Shown one piece after another: positions 1-9,203 of a stretch of DNA of 64,000 bases (the first letter of the stretch is position 1; each line of letters starts with the position of its first letter). The translations under genes and the position numbers were made by a program. Under the pieces are notes generated by a model that was not told the origin of the DNA, did no database searches, and worked only from the letters and a program-made list of their open reading frames with translations. The stretch covers positions 16,400 to 80,399 of the forward strand of contig CAXMRC010000150.1 of NCBI GenBank assembly GCA_964195945.1, written 5' to 3'. The stretch is from an uncultured Gemmatimonadales bacterium (GTDB taxonomy: Bacteria; Actinomycetota; Acidimicrobiia; Spongiisociales; UBA5794).

Positions 1-115
1 CGGCGTCGCATTCCGCGACGAGACGGTCGCCCCAATCGCCATCGTCGGTGTCGCTCTGGTCCTGTCCGGAGCGTTCCTTGCCAGCCGCGCCATCACATCC
101 TCAAAGCCAGTCTGA
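1..115 (+). CDS. 3' end of a membrane protein gene (EamA/DMT-like C-terminal TM helix), 5'-truncated by the window edge
   Basis: In-frame translation from nt 2 gives ...PIAIVGVALVLSGAFLASRAITSSKPV*, a hydrophobic helix followed by a stop at 113-115. It is too short to classify further. Confidence 0.35.
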   Translation, partial: GVAFRDETVAPIAIVGVALVLSGAFLASRAITSSKPV

Positions 116-242
116 CCACAACTCAAGGGAATATCCAGCCGCTGGATTCGTTGTGTTCGATAGCTAGAGAGGGAGAGCAAATGTCCGACTGGAATACCCA
201 GATCATCGATGAATTCCGCGCCAACGAGGGAAGGTCGGTGGG

Positions 243-584
243 ATGTTCGCCGGTGCACCTCTGCTGATTCTGCACACCACAGGTGCCAAAAGTGGCCAAC
301 CGAGGGTCAGCCCACTGATGTACCAGGCTCTTGATGGCGGCTATGCCATCTTCGCCTCCAAGGCAGGGGCCCCGTCCAACCCCGACTGGTATCACAACGT
401 CATTGCCAACCCGGAGGTTTCACTAGAGGTCGGAACCGAGACGATCACGGCAACCGCTCGAGTCACCGACGCCGCTGAGCGGCAACCGATCTGGGATCGT
501 CAGAAGACCACGTACCCGCAGTTTGCCGAGTATGAGGCAAAGTCCGGTAGGGATATCCCGGTCATCATCGTCGAACCCAACTAG
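243..584 (+). CDS. F420H2-dependent nitroreductase / deazaflavin-dependent oxidoreductase (DUF385, Ddn-like). The SD-supported N-terminus (181-242) lies in a different frame.
   Basis: PLLILHTTGAKSGQPRVSPLMY...NPDWYHNVIANPEV...IPVIIVEP aligns along its full length with Ddn/DUF385 proteins. The N-terminal 20 aa (MSDWNTQIIDEFRANEGRSVG) are encoded from the ATG at 181, after a GAGGGAGAG SD, but in frame +1. Confidence 0.75.
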   Translation: MFAGAPLLILHTTGAKSGQPRVSPLMYQALDGGYAIFASKAGAPSNPDWYHNVIANPEVSLEVGTETITATARVTDAAERQPIWDRQKTTYPQFAEYEAKSGRDIPVIIVEPN

Positions 585-846
585 CCGCCGCGCAACGGGT
601 ATGTCGCGACCGGGCACCAAGGCGCCGAGCGTATACGACGTACGAGGTTCCCGTGTATTTCGAGATATCCAGCGAATCGGTGCCGATACCAAGCGCTCTG
701 CGGAACCCGCGTCATGGGTCGATAGCTGGTGATCCGGACGTGATTCTCTCGGCTCACTAGATAGTCGGGAAGGGCCAGAATCGGCGCTGTAGGAGCCAGC
801 TTGACGTGCCGATGGATATCTGTCGGCGATTCCTGCTGACACAAAC

Positions 847-1764
847 ATGATCAAGACACCAACGAGACGCTTGTTACGCACGCGGCGGTCTTTGGTACCG
901 CTGTTCTCGCTCGCCGGTGTCCTGGTGGTGGCTTCGCTTGGCATCGCGCTTGCGGCAACAACCACGACCTTCTATCTGAAGGGAGCCGGAGTACCCGTTG
1001 CACCTCTTGCCCAGACTGTCCCATCAAGCGGAATTCTTCCCAACTACGACGCTGGCCGAGACGATGCACCAGGCCTGCTAATCCAAAAAGGTGGTGGAGA
1101 GCAGGAAACTGATCCAACGAAGCACCAAACGTGGCTGGCAGCGGAGGGTGAGCTGATCTTGGATGGACCTGCGACTCTCACATTGTGGAGTGCGATGAAG
1201 GACTTCGACACCGATAAGAAGGGGCAGATAAAGGGCTATCTTCTGGATTGCAATCCTTCAGGGTCAGATTGCTCAGTGATCACCAGCGCGGCTCGTGGCG
1301 CCAACCCTTGGAACACAGAAACCGGCTGGGTTGCTCGAACTATCGACTTCGGAACGGTTCTTCACACGGTTGCTGTCGACCGCTCCTTGGCAGTGAAGCT
1401 GGTGGTGACCAACCAGGCTCACGACGACATGTGGTTCGCCTATGACACGGTTTCCTACGCCAGCGCCCTAAGCGTGCGGGTCATGTCGCCACCACCGACA
1501 GCCACCACGACAACAACCACAACCACGACACCGCCGTCCCCTACCACTACGACAACGACCACAGCGCCGTCCACTACCACGACGACAGCTACAACACCGC
1601 CGCCGTCCACTACCACGACGGCACCGGTTGTTGCTGCAGTAGAGGTCCCCCCTTCGACAACAGCGCCAGACGATCCGTTGCCTGCAGAAGACGTTGCGAT
1701 GGACCCACTTCCCGCTCGCGGCAGCGACGAGCGCCAAGGAGGGTTGCCAGGGAGGCCTCCTTGA
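847..1764 (+). CDS. Secreted or membrane-anchored hypothetical protein with a long Thr/Pro-rich linker
   Basis: N-terminal Arg-rich region followed by a hydrophobic helix (LFSLAGVLVVASLGIALA). Thr/Pro tract PPPTATTTTTTTTTPPSPTTTTTTTAPSTTTTTATTPPPSTTTTAP, typical of actinobacterial O-glycosylated linkers. No recognisable catalytic domain. Confidence 0.55.
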   Translation: MIKTPTRRLLRTRRSLVPLFSLAGVLVVASLGIALAATTTTFYLKGAGVPVAPLAQTVPSSGILPNYDAGRDDAPGLLIQKGGGEQETDPTKHQTWLAAEGELILDGPATLTLWSAMKDFDTDKKGQIKGYLLDCNPSGSDCSVITSAARGANPWNTETGWVARTIDFGTVLHTVAVDRSLAVKLVVTNQAHDDMWFAYDTVSYASALSVRVMSPPPTATTTTTTTTTPPSPTTTTTTTAPSTTTTTATTPPPSTTTTAPVVAAVEVPPSTTAPDDPLPAEDVAMDPLPARGSDERQGGLPGRPP

Positions 1765-1971
1765 CTCGCTCGACTTGGCTATCCCGCCTGCGGTCGCGTC
1801 GTCGCTGCTCTCGCCGCTGTTGCTCCTTCAGTCGACCCTTAGGGCGTTCGTCGCAACCGGGCTGGATCTCTTGATCCCGGGGCTACTCCTCTTGGTTGGG
1901 GTGCTGCTAAGCGAAGGGCGGCGGCGACGCCATGGCTCTCCACCACTTGCAGACAGTGTGGAGGCTTCGCC

Positions 1972-3567
1972 ATGAGCCGTCACACACCGGGAAAGGCCGA
2001 ATTCGTGCCCGGCGCTGACGAGGCAAGGGCGTCGTTCGATCGTCCGTCACGGCTTGGTCTCGCCGCGGCCGTGACAGCCACCATCGCGATCGCCTTGATC
2101 GCAACCGCCATGGTCTTCGCCATCGCCACGGGAACCACCGAGACGGCGGACCAGGGAGAGATCGGAATCCTTAGCGAAGCATCGCTCAGCGCCGCGTCGG
2201 TTGTCAGAAACGGGACAGTGCAGGCTCAGGTTCTGGCTGAGGCAAACGAGTTGGGCATCGCCACAACAAGAGAGTTGGATGAAGCGGTACGGCAAGTAGA
2301 GACTGCAGCATCCGAGCTAGCCGCTCGCGTTAGTCGCCTCGCCGCTGCGGCAGACGACCCCGCGTTCGCTGAACCGATTCGGATCCAGACGGAAGGTCTC
2401 GTGCTGCAGGTAGGCACGGCACTCGAGCTCATCCGCGGTGGGGACCTTGTTGGCTCGGCGACGCTCATCGACGGAGGACTGGACAACACGTATCGTCGAC
2501 TCGCCGGCCAACTGGCGACTGAACGTGACGCCGCCATGGCGAGAATCGCGCTCGCCGGACAGGATTCTGGCCGGATAGCCGATGCAGCTCGGTTCCTAGT
2601 TGTGCTGCTCGTACCGTTGGCCGTGCTACTCGCATATCGAAAGCGAGTGCGGCGTGAGCAGGTGCAGCGTGACCTGGAACACCGACTGGAGAAGCAGCAG
2701 GCGGTGAGTCAAGCGCAAGACGAATTCATCGCAAACCTCTCCCATGAGCTGCGTACTCCGCTGACCGCCATCTACGGGTTCTCGCTCGAGCTGATCGAGC
2801 CGACAACCAACAAAGATGCCTCGTTCGAACGAGAGTTGGCGACGTATATCGCCAGCGAGTCGGCAGACCTGAGCCGGATGGTCGAAGACATCCTGACTGC
2901 GGCCTCAGCGGATCACGATGGTCTTGTGATAGCAGTTGAGACAGTTGATGTTGGAGCCGAAGTTGAGTCAGTCCTTGGCCCGATGCGTGCTACCGGTGCG
3001 AGGATCGAGTCAGATATCGTCCCCGCGACAATCAAGACCGATCCGCTGCGGTTCCGTCAGGTGATTCGCAACCTTGTCTCCAATGCGCTTCGTCACGGTG
3101 GACCCAATAACCTCGTGGCCGGCCGGGTCGACGGCTCGTATTACACGCTCCAGGTAAGAGACGACGGAGCTGGCATACCGGCAACGCTCGAGGATCGGCT
3201 GTTCACTCGGTTTTTCCATAAAGGAAGTGAGCCGCTGCTCACCGGGAGCGTCGGCCTGGGGTTGGCCATTGCGCAACTTCTCACCACTCTGACCGGAGGC
3301 ACCATCTCCTATAGGAGAGAGCTCGACGAAACCGTCTTTGCAGTCAGGTTCCCTGTTGTCAGTTCCGAAGTCAGCCCAGCCGAGCGGGTCTCCGCCATCG
3401 CTCGGTCACTCTCGGATCGCAAAGACCTCAATCCCGCGGCATCTACGCGACCGGCGTCGAAGCCTGACCTGAAGACACTCAGACTGCCGCCGCCAACCCG
3501 AATTGATCAGCAGTACCCCATGACGAGCGACGCCACTCACCAGCGCCGAAGGAACCGCCGAAGCTGA
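1972..3567 (+). CDS. Membrane sensor histidine kinase (two TM helices, HisKA plus HATPase_c). No response regulator is adjacent.
   Basis: H-box FIANLSHELRTPLTAIYGF; N, G1 and G2 boxes (VSNALRHGG, VRDDGAGIP, GLGLAIAQ); TM helices at aa 30-55 and 205-225. Confidence 0.85.
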   Translation: MSRHTPGKAEFVPGADEARASFDRPSRLGLAAAVTATIAIALIATAMVFAIATGTTETADQGEIGILSEASLSAASVVRNGTVQAQVLAEANELGIATTRELDEAVRQVETAASELAARVSRLAAAADDPAFAEPIRIQTEGLVLQVGTALELIRGGDLVGSATLIDGGLDNTYRRLAGQLATERDAAMARIALAGQDSGRIADAARFLVVLLVPLAVLLAYRKRVRREQVQRDLEHRLEKQQAVSQAQDEFIANLSHELRTPLTAIYGFSLELIEPTTNKDASFERELATYIASESADLSRMVEDILTAASADHDGLVIAVETVDVGAEVESVLGPMRATGARIESDIVPATIKTDPLRFRQVIRNLVSNALRHGGPNNLVAGRVDGSYYTLQVRDDGAGIPATLEDRLFTRFFHKGSEPLLTGSVGLGLAIAQLLTTLTGGTISYRRELDETVFAVRFPVVSSEVSPAERVSAIARSLSDRKDLNPAASTRPASKPDLKTLRLPPPTRIDQQYPMTSDATHQRRRNRRS

Positions 3568-3874
3568 ATCCAGCAGCCCCGTAGAGTTGACTGGACGGTG
3601 AAACTGACGCCACATCGGGCCGTGCCGGTGTCGACGAACGCAACAAAGCCATCGCTGAAGCCGACGTCGAATGGCTTCGTCTGCTCGACGAGATCACCGG
3701 CCTGATCCGCAACGATCGCCTCGACAACACCGGCGTTGGAAGACAACTCTGAGGACCGGGCAAAGATTGACTCGCCGCTGCTCAACGCACGCCCGCCGAA
3801 CAGCTGCCGGGCGATGGCGGCCATCTCGAGTAGTCACAACGGATAGGAATGGCTCGTTGTATCGCCGCGGATCA

Positions 3875-5332
3875 CTATTCGATCGTCGAATTGATGACTT
3901 GGATGGGTCCGCTGCCCAAATAGAAGATCCCAGGGAACCCACTTGTCTCGAACCCGTCGCTTGGATTGCGGGCCAGCGTGGAATCCTCAATGCGCAGGGT
4001 GCCGCTGCGGTCGTTGCTCACAAAGAAGATAGCGCCCCCACCTTCGTTCGCATGGTTGTCTGCGATGACGGTATCGATGATCGTTAGTGTGAACGTGTTC
4101 CCGTCGTTGTAGATAGCTCCCCCGCTGCCACCACCAGGGGTGCCCCCTTGGGCTGGGTTGGCCCCGTCACCGATCGCCAGATTGTGGGTAAACAGGCTGT
4201 TGATCACGGTGTACGACACGCCGATGCTGCTGAGGCCACCCCCATTTGAACATACATTGCCGTAGCCCTCTCCCCCACCGAAGGTGCTGTTGACGATATA
4301 CACGGGTAGCCCTTCGTATTGGCTGAAGACACGGACGGCGGCACCGCCAACGTCAGGGCCGACATCGTCACAGACATTGTTGAAGAACCGAGAGTTGACG
4401 ATCTTGAATCGTCCCCCGCGAACCCAGATCGCACCGCCGCCGTCTGGCTCGTCACCCTTGGAATTGCCGTCGATGAAGGTCAGGTTCTGTACGGTGAGCC
4501 GAGGATGGTCCTGGTTCTGGCAATGCGACGTTGTCCAGACAAGATCCTGGTCGCACGTATTCATGTAGAGGATCCGGTTCTGGCCTCTGCCGCTGAGTGT
4601 GACCAGGCCACCGCCATCAATCACGATCTCAGGCCCCGTGTCGTTGAATACCTTGGCCTCCTCCACCATCTCGATCGTTACGGGGTCGGGACCGCAATCG
4701 AACACGATGATGCCCCCTTGGCCGACGGCCGCAACCACCGCTTGCGAGGTGCAACTCTCCGACGTGCCGTCCCCGATGACAATGCCTGGGTTGGTTACGT
4801 CCTCGGCCCGTCCTTCGGCCGGCACCGGAGCGGTCCCATCTGGATTTCCGGTTGGTGGCCCCGGCCGCGGCAGCGGGACTATTGGAGTGAGTCCTAGACC
4901 GCGCGTGAGAAACGTTGCCATCTGCTCTCGCAACACCGGATCTGATGGGCAGAACAGGTCGTTGTCCGGCGGGTTGCACCCTTTGGTGATGCCTGCTGCG
5001 GCGAGACGGTTGATGGAGTCCTCAAAGACTCCCTCGGCATCTGCAAACGGGGTGGCTGCGGTGGCGGGCAGGTCGAGCGCCCGAACCAAGAATGCCGCCA
5101 TCTGACCACGGGTCACCGAGTCTGATGGGCAGAACAGGTTATTGTCCGGCGGATTGCAGCCCTTGGTAATCCCCTGGGCGGCGATCGCTTCTATTGCGCC
5201 CTCATGTGCGCTGTTGTCGTCATCGAGAAACGATCCGCCGGGTGCGAGGTCAGCCACTGCTGCACCACCAGCCACGACTGCCGTCACAACCAAAACGAGA
5301 GCTGCCAAACCGGAGCGGAATCTGTTGATCAT
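3875..5332 (-). CDS. Secreted right-handed beta-helix protein (Pmp-type GGAI/FxxN repeats) with two N-terminal Cys-containing SLH-like repeats
   Basis: Start moved to MINRFRSGLAALVLVVTAVVAGGAAVA (signal peptide). Two repeats ...AAxGITKGCNPPDNxLFCPSDxVxRxQMAxFLxRxL. Pro-rich linker. Many GGAI...FxxN / NSxF repeats (GGGAIWVRGG, GGAIYNDGN, GGGAIFFVSN), as in polymorphic-membrane-protein or pectate-lyase-like beta-helices. Confidence 0.8.
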   Translation of the reverse strand: MINRFRSGLAALVLVVTAVVAGGAAVADLAPGGSFLDDDNSAHEGAIEAIAAQGITKGCNPPDNNLFCPSDSVTRGQMAAFLVRALDLPATAATPFADAEGVFEDSINRLAAAGITKGCNPPDNDLFCPSDPVLREQMATFLTRGLGLTPIVPLPRPGPPTGNPDGTAPVPAEGRAEDVTNPGIVIGDGTSESCTSQAVVAAVGQGGIIVFDCGPDPVTIEMVEEAKVFNDTGPEIVIDGGGLVTLSGRGQNRILYMNTCDQDLVWTTSHCQNQDHPRLTVQNLTFIDGNSKGDEPDGGGAIWVRGGRFKIVNSRFFNNVCDDVGPDVGGAAVRVFSQYEGLPVYIVNSTFGGGEGYGNVCSNGGGLSSIGVSYTVINSLFTHNLAIGDGANPAQGGTPGGGSGGAIYNDGNTFTLTIIDTVIADNHANEGGGAIFFVSNDRSGTLRIEDSTLARNPSDGFETSGFPGIFYLGSGPIQVINSTIE

Positions 5333-5370
5333 GAGCGAGAGGCTAATAGCGGACCAGGCGCTATCACCCA

Positions 5371-6540
5371 CTAGTCGCTGAGCCGTTGCTCCGTGGGGGT
5401 GCGGAAGCGTGGGATGAACCGCCGCTCGCCCAGCCACTGTTGCAGCTTCTCGGCCTGCGACTCGACCAGCACCCCTTCATCCCTGCTGACCTCTTCGAGA
5501 TAGGCCAAACGAATCTCGCCGTCAGTCGCTTGAACCCACCCGCCAACTACTCGACCATTCAGCCAGATTGTCGGGCCGGCGTTCCCGTTCCGGTCAAAAA
5601 GATGGCCCCGATGCGGACCTAGATACCAGCCGCGGTCTTTCCAACCCATCACCGTCGAGTCGAGCGACGGCAACAGAGCCGCCCAGGGCTCAACCACGGC
5701 AGGCGCCTCGAGATCGTCTGGCAACACGTAGCCGACTCCGCCGTCCAGCTCGACTTCAATGGCGCCACAGTCCGATAGAGCGGAGCGGGTGACCCTGACT
5801 CCCCACCCCGTCCACCACTTGACGTCGTCCAAGGTGCCCGGTCCGTACGCTCGCAGCCATTTCTTGGCGAGGGTGCTCTGCGCCTCCGCCGAATCGAGAG
5901 CCGCCCAGGGCTCATGCACCCACCTGTCGGTGCGAGCCCATCGGTATTGGGTCGACGTCCAGCTGCCGAGGGGTCTGGCACGGACAATCCGGCTCGCGGT
6001 CGCCAGCAGGAAGAGGACCCGTGTCGACAGCCCAACCTGTCCCGCCCATTTCTTACCCTCACCGAACGAGAGCTTGATACCCAGCTCAGGGACCTGTGTC
6101 TTTAGTTCCCTTGCAGTCGCCTCGCCCAGCTCTGCGATTGCTGCCATGGTCCGTTGTTCGATGCCCGCCAACCATATGTCACCATCTGCGGTGACCTCCT
6201 GAGCCTCCAGATAGCCAATCAGACGTTGTCTCTCGCCGGGAAGGAGGTGGCGGGTACACGCGGCGTCCATCACCGCGCCGAGATCTGTTGGCACCACGAA
6301 CATGGTGCGACGCATCCCGAGCATCCGGAGCAGGGAACGGTCTTCGTACAGCGATTGTTCCAGATCCTCCACCTTGAACCCGACTACACGGCTTTGGCAG
6401 CTCAGATATACCGTGGCTGGATCGCTCGAGTGCAACCCGACCAGGGCATCGGCTGCTCGGTCAACCCTATCGGTCGGTCCGGCAAGGTAGTGGCGCCGGC
6501 CGAGTCGTGCCCTGCGTTCCGCAATGGTGATCTTGTGCAT
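5371..6540 (-). CDS. Winged-helix DNA-binding domain protein of the YcaQ/AlkZ family (putative interstrand-crosslink DNA glycosylase)
   Basis: About 390 aa; LLRMLGMRRTMFVVP, KWWTGWG, GRVVGGW match DUF1006/HTH_42 AlkZ-like proteins. Start chosen at MHKITIAERRARL (6540), because the table ORF start at 6606 would overlap the divergent thioesterase gene. Confidence 0.6.
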   Translation of the reverse strand: MHKITIAERRARLGRRHYLAGPTDRVDRAADALVGLHSSDPATVYLSCQSRVVGFKVEDLEQSLYEDRSLLRMLGMRRTMFVVPTDLGAVMDAACTRHLLPGERQRLIGYLEAQEVTADGDIWLAGIEQRTMAAIAELGEATARELKTQVPELGIKLSFGEGKKWAGQVGLSTRVLFLLATASRIVRARPLGSWTSTQYRWARTDRWVHEPWAALDSAEAQSTLAKKWLRAYGPGTLDDVKWWTGWGVRVTRSALSDCGAIEVELDGGVGYVLPDDLEAPAVVEPWAALLPSLDSTVMGWKDRGWYLGPHRGHLFDRNGNAGPTIWLNGRVVGGWVQATDGEIRLAYLEEVSRDEGVLVESQAEKLQQWLGERRFIPRFRTPTEQRLSD

Positions 6541-6586
6541 CCCGGTCAACAGTACCGATGAAGCGGGTGTCATATACTCGTCCGCT

Positions 6587-7030
6587 ATGGAGCTAACCCC
6601 TGACATTGTGAACGACTTCGTTGCCGAAACCTTCCCCTTAACGGTCCAGAGTGGCTATTCATGCGCTGAACTCGGCGACGGGACCGCAGTCGCAAGGCTT
6701 GAGTTTGATCCAGTCAACGTCCGGCCGGGCGGCATTGTGCCGGGACCCGCAGTATTCGGCGTTGCCGACATATCGCTCTGGTATGCGATCTTCACCAAGA
6801 TCGGCTTCCAACCCATGGCAGTCACCAGCGACCTGACCATCCACTTTCTGCGGCCCGCTATCGGCGCCGCACTCTTGGCCAAATGCACGCTCACCAAAGT
6901 TGGCAAGCGCCTGGCCCACGGCGAGATCCGCATCTGGGAGGAGGGTGGCGATCCGGACCGGCTCATCGCCTTTGCTTCGGGCGCGTATGCCTTGCCCGAC
7001 CGCAGCGAACCGAATCACCTTCTGCACTAG
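6587..7030 (+). CDS. PaaI/hotdog-fold thioesterase
   Basis: About 147 aa; GGIVPGPAVFGVADISLWYAI...GKRLAHGEIRIWEE is the typical PaaI-family 4HBT pattern. Start at MELTPDIV. Confidence 0.8.
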   Translation: MELTPDIVNDFVAETFPLTVQSGYSCAELGDGTAVARLEFDPVNVRPGGIVPGPAVFGVADISLWYAIFTKIGFQPMAVTSDLTIHFLRPAIGAALLAKCTLTKVGKRLAHGEIRIWEEGGDPDRLIAFASGAYALPDRSEPNHLLH

Positions 7031-7040
7031 GTTGCACATC

Positions 7041-8261
7041 ATGCGGACAGATACCCTCTCGCTGCGCCAGCAAAGCCAATTACACGACGATTGGCTCATT
7101 GCCAGGTTGACCACCATCGTTCCGATGCTCATGGAGAGGGCGGGAATCGATTGTTGGGTCCTGATCGCTCGCGAATATAACGAAGACCCCGTGGTCAAGA
7201 CCATGCTGCCCGCAACGTGGCTGAACGCCCGCCGTCGCACCATCTTGGCCTTCACCGCTTATGGCGCTGAACGGGCGGCCATTTCTCGCTACGGCGTTGG
7301 CGCCGCGTTCCCAGCCGGGTGGTCGCCGGAGGAACAGCCAGACCAGTGGGTGCGCCTTGCTGACTATCTCCGCGAGAAGAATCCGCAACGGATCGCGATC
7401 AATCGATCGGCTACGTTCGCACTCGCTGATGGAATGAGCTCTGCAGAGTATGAGGCTATGGCTGCTGCGCTCCCAACGGATCTTCGATCTCGACTCGAAC
7501 CTGGCGACGAACTAGCAATCGGGTGGTTGGAGACGAGGACGCCGGAAGAGATGGACGTCTATCCCGATGTTTGTTCACGGGCTCACGAAATCCTGAGAAC
7601 GGCATTGTCGGCAGAGGTCATTCAGCCGGGAGTCACCACGACTCGCGACGTCGAATGGTGGTTGCGCCAGGAGGTGGAATATAGGGGCTATGGCACCTGG
7701 TTCCATCCATCGGTGTCTCGTCAACACCCGACTCCCAGTGCAGATGAGATCATTCAGCCGGGCGACTTCGTTCACATCGACTTCGGAATCGTCTACCTAG
7801 GTCTGCACACTGATCAGCAGCAGCACGCATACGTTCTGCGCCCTGGTGAAACCGGTCCCCCCGATGGGCTACTGAGGGGCATGGCTGCGGGCAACCGGCT
7901 CCAGGACATTGTGCTGAGCCACTTTCGTAGCGGGGCCACGGGCAATGACATCCTGCGGGATGCGCTCCACGAAGCTCACGCTGCAGGGCTGGAGGCGACC
8001 ATATACAGCCACCCCATTGGGGTACACGGGCACGGTGCCGGTCCCACGATTGGTCTGTGGGATCAGCAAGATGGTGTCCCCGGCGCCGGCGACCATCCGG
8101 TAGCGGCGGACACTGCCTACTCGATCGAGTTGTCGGTTCTGGTTGATGTCGCAGAGTGGGGCGACCAGAAGGTACGCATCATGCTTGAAGAGGACGCCTA
8201 CTTTGATGGCGAGAGCATCCAGTTCCTCGACGGGCGGCAAACGGATCTCTGGCTGATCTAA
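7041..8261 (+). CDS. M24 family metallopeptidase (Xaa-Pro aminopeptidase/creatinase-like)
   Basis: HIDFGIVYLGLHTDQQ, IYSHPIGVHGHGAGP, EEDAYF are the pita-bread fold metal-ligand motifs. The ORF upstream of the M at 7041 overlaps the thioesterase and was trimmed. Confidence 0.8.
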   Translation: MRTDTLSLRQQSQLHDDWLIARLTTIVPMLMERAGIDCWVLIAREYNEDPVVKTMLPATWLNARRRTILAFTAYGAERAAISRYGVGAAFPAGWSPEEQPDQWVRLADYLREKNPQRIAINRSATFALADGMSSAEYEAMAAALPTDLRSRLEPGDELAIGWLETRTPEEMDVYPDVCSRAHEILRTALSAEVIQPGVTTTRDVEWWLRQEVEYRGYGTWFHPSVSRQHPTPSADEIIQPGDFVHIDFGIVYLGLHTDQQQHAYVLRPGETGPPDGLLRGMAAGNRLQDIVLSHFRSGATGNDILRDALHEAHAAGLEATIYSHPIGVHGHGAGPTIGLWDQQDGVPGAGDHPVAADTAYSIELSVLVDVAEWGDQKVRIMLEEDAYFDGESIQFLDGRQTDLWLI

Positions 8262-8359
8262 GACACAGCCGCAAGCTAGCCATGTCGGCTAGGGCTCAAC
8301 GTCACCAAAGGTTCCACCCTTCGCGCCGGGATTCTTCTCGGTTTGTCAGATACGATCTT

Positions 8360-9145
8360 TCAATGTTCAGACCCGCCGACAGTGAGCCAGCCGAGACACT
8401 CCGCGTCGTTCGCGAGGCAATGGGAACTGCCGTGACCATGGCCTTTCGGTCACCGGTGACCGATGATCTAGTCGACGGTGCCTATGCCCGGATCGAGCAG
8501 ATTGAGGCCTCCTTCAGCACATTCCGACCCGATAGCGAGATCAGTCGGATCTCTCGCGGCGATCTTGCCGAGAGCGACGCTAGCGCCGAAGTACAAGGAG
8601 TCCTGCAGAGCTGCGCATCACTGCGTGTCCGTACCAACGGATGGTTCGAATTCGAACCCATGGACAAGGATGGTCGACGACTCGACCCTGCCGGCTACGT
8701 AAAGGGCTGGGCGGTAGAGCAGGCGATGGATTCGCTCACCGCGTCCGGGATAGCCGACGTCTTCATCTCGGCCGGGGGCGACATCGTTGCCCGATCATCC
8801 AGTGCGCCATGGCGTATAGGCATCCAGCATCCACACGACCAAACCGCGACGGCGGCAACTCTCCTCATCAGCAACGAGGCGGTCGCAACATCCGGCCTCT
8901 ACGAACGGGGTGCCCACATATGGGGAAAGACCGGTAGCCCCATTGCCGGTCTCCTCAGCGTCACGGTTGTTGGACCCGAGCTTGGAATTGCCGATGCGGC
9001 AGCTACCGCCCTGTTTGCCGCCGGCGACTCGCTCACTCCCGTGCTATCGAGATTTCCGGGATACGAGGCGTTGGTGATTACCGACAACGATGAGGTGCGG
9101 TGGACGACGGGGCTCTCCTCGAAGCTGGCGTCGTCAGCCGACTGA
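8360..9145 (+). CDS. apbE: FAD:protein FMN transferase (ApbE family)
   Basis: MGTAVTM, DPAGYVKGWAVEQA, SAGGDIV, ATSGLYERG, ADAAATALF are conserved ApbE motifs. Confidence 0.75.
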   Translation, partial: SMFRPADSEPAETLRVVREAMGTAVTMAFRSPVTDDLVDGAYARIEQIEASFSTFRPDSEISRISRGDLAESDASAEVQGVLQSCASLRVRTNGWFEFEPMDKDGRRLDPAGYVKGWAVEQAMDSLTASGIADVFISAGGDIVARSSSAPWRIGIQHPHDQTATAATLLISNEAVATSGLYERGAHIWGKTGSPIAGLLSVTVVGPELGIADAAATALFAAGDSLTPVLSRFPGYEALVITDNDEVRWTTGLSSKLASSAD

Positions 9146-9203
9146 CCACAACCCATCGGCCCACAGTTGGTTACGCTCCAAGCACGCCTGCCAGGAGCAT
9201 GAC

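Noticed and set aside
1495-1640. Reiterated acc/aca/acg codon tract
   Set aside because: It is the coding Thr/Pro linker of gene 847..1764. There are no spacer-repeat units, so it is not a CRISPR array or a noncoding tandem repeat.
6900-7040. N-terminal extension of the M24 peptidase ORF
   Set aside because: It overlaps the thioesterase gene in another frame. A good start, MRTDTLSL at 7041, follows the thioesterase stop.
8641-8658. GGTTCGAATTCGAACC palindrome resembling a tRNA T-arm
   Set aside because: It is inside the apbE reading frame (WFEFEP). No acceptor or anticodon arms can be built around it.
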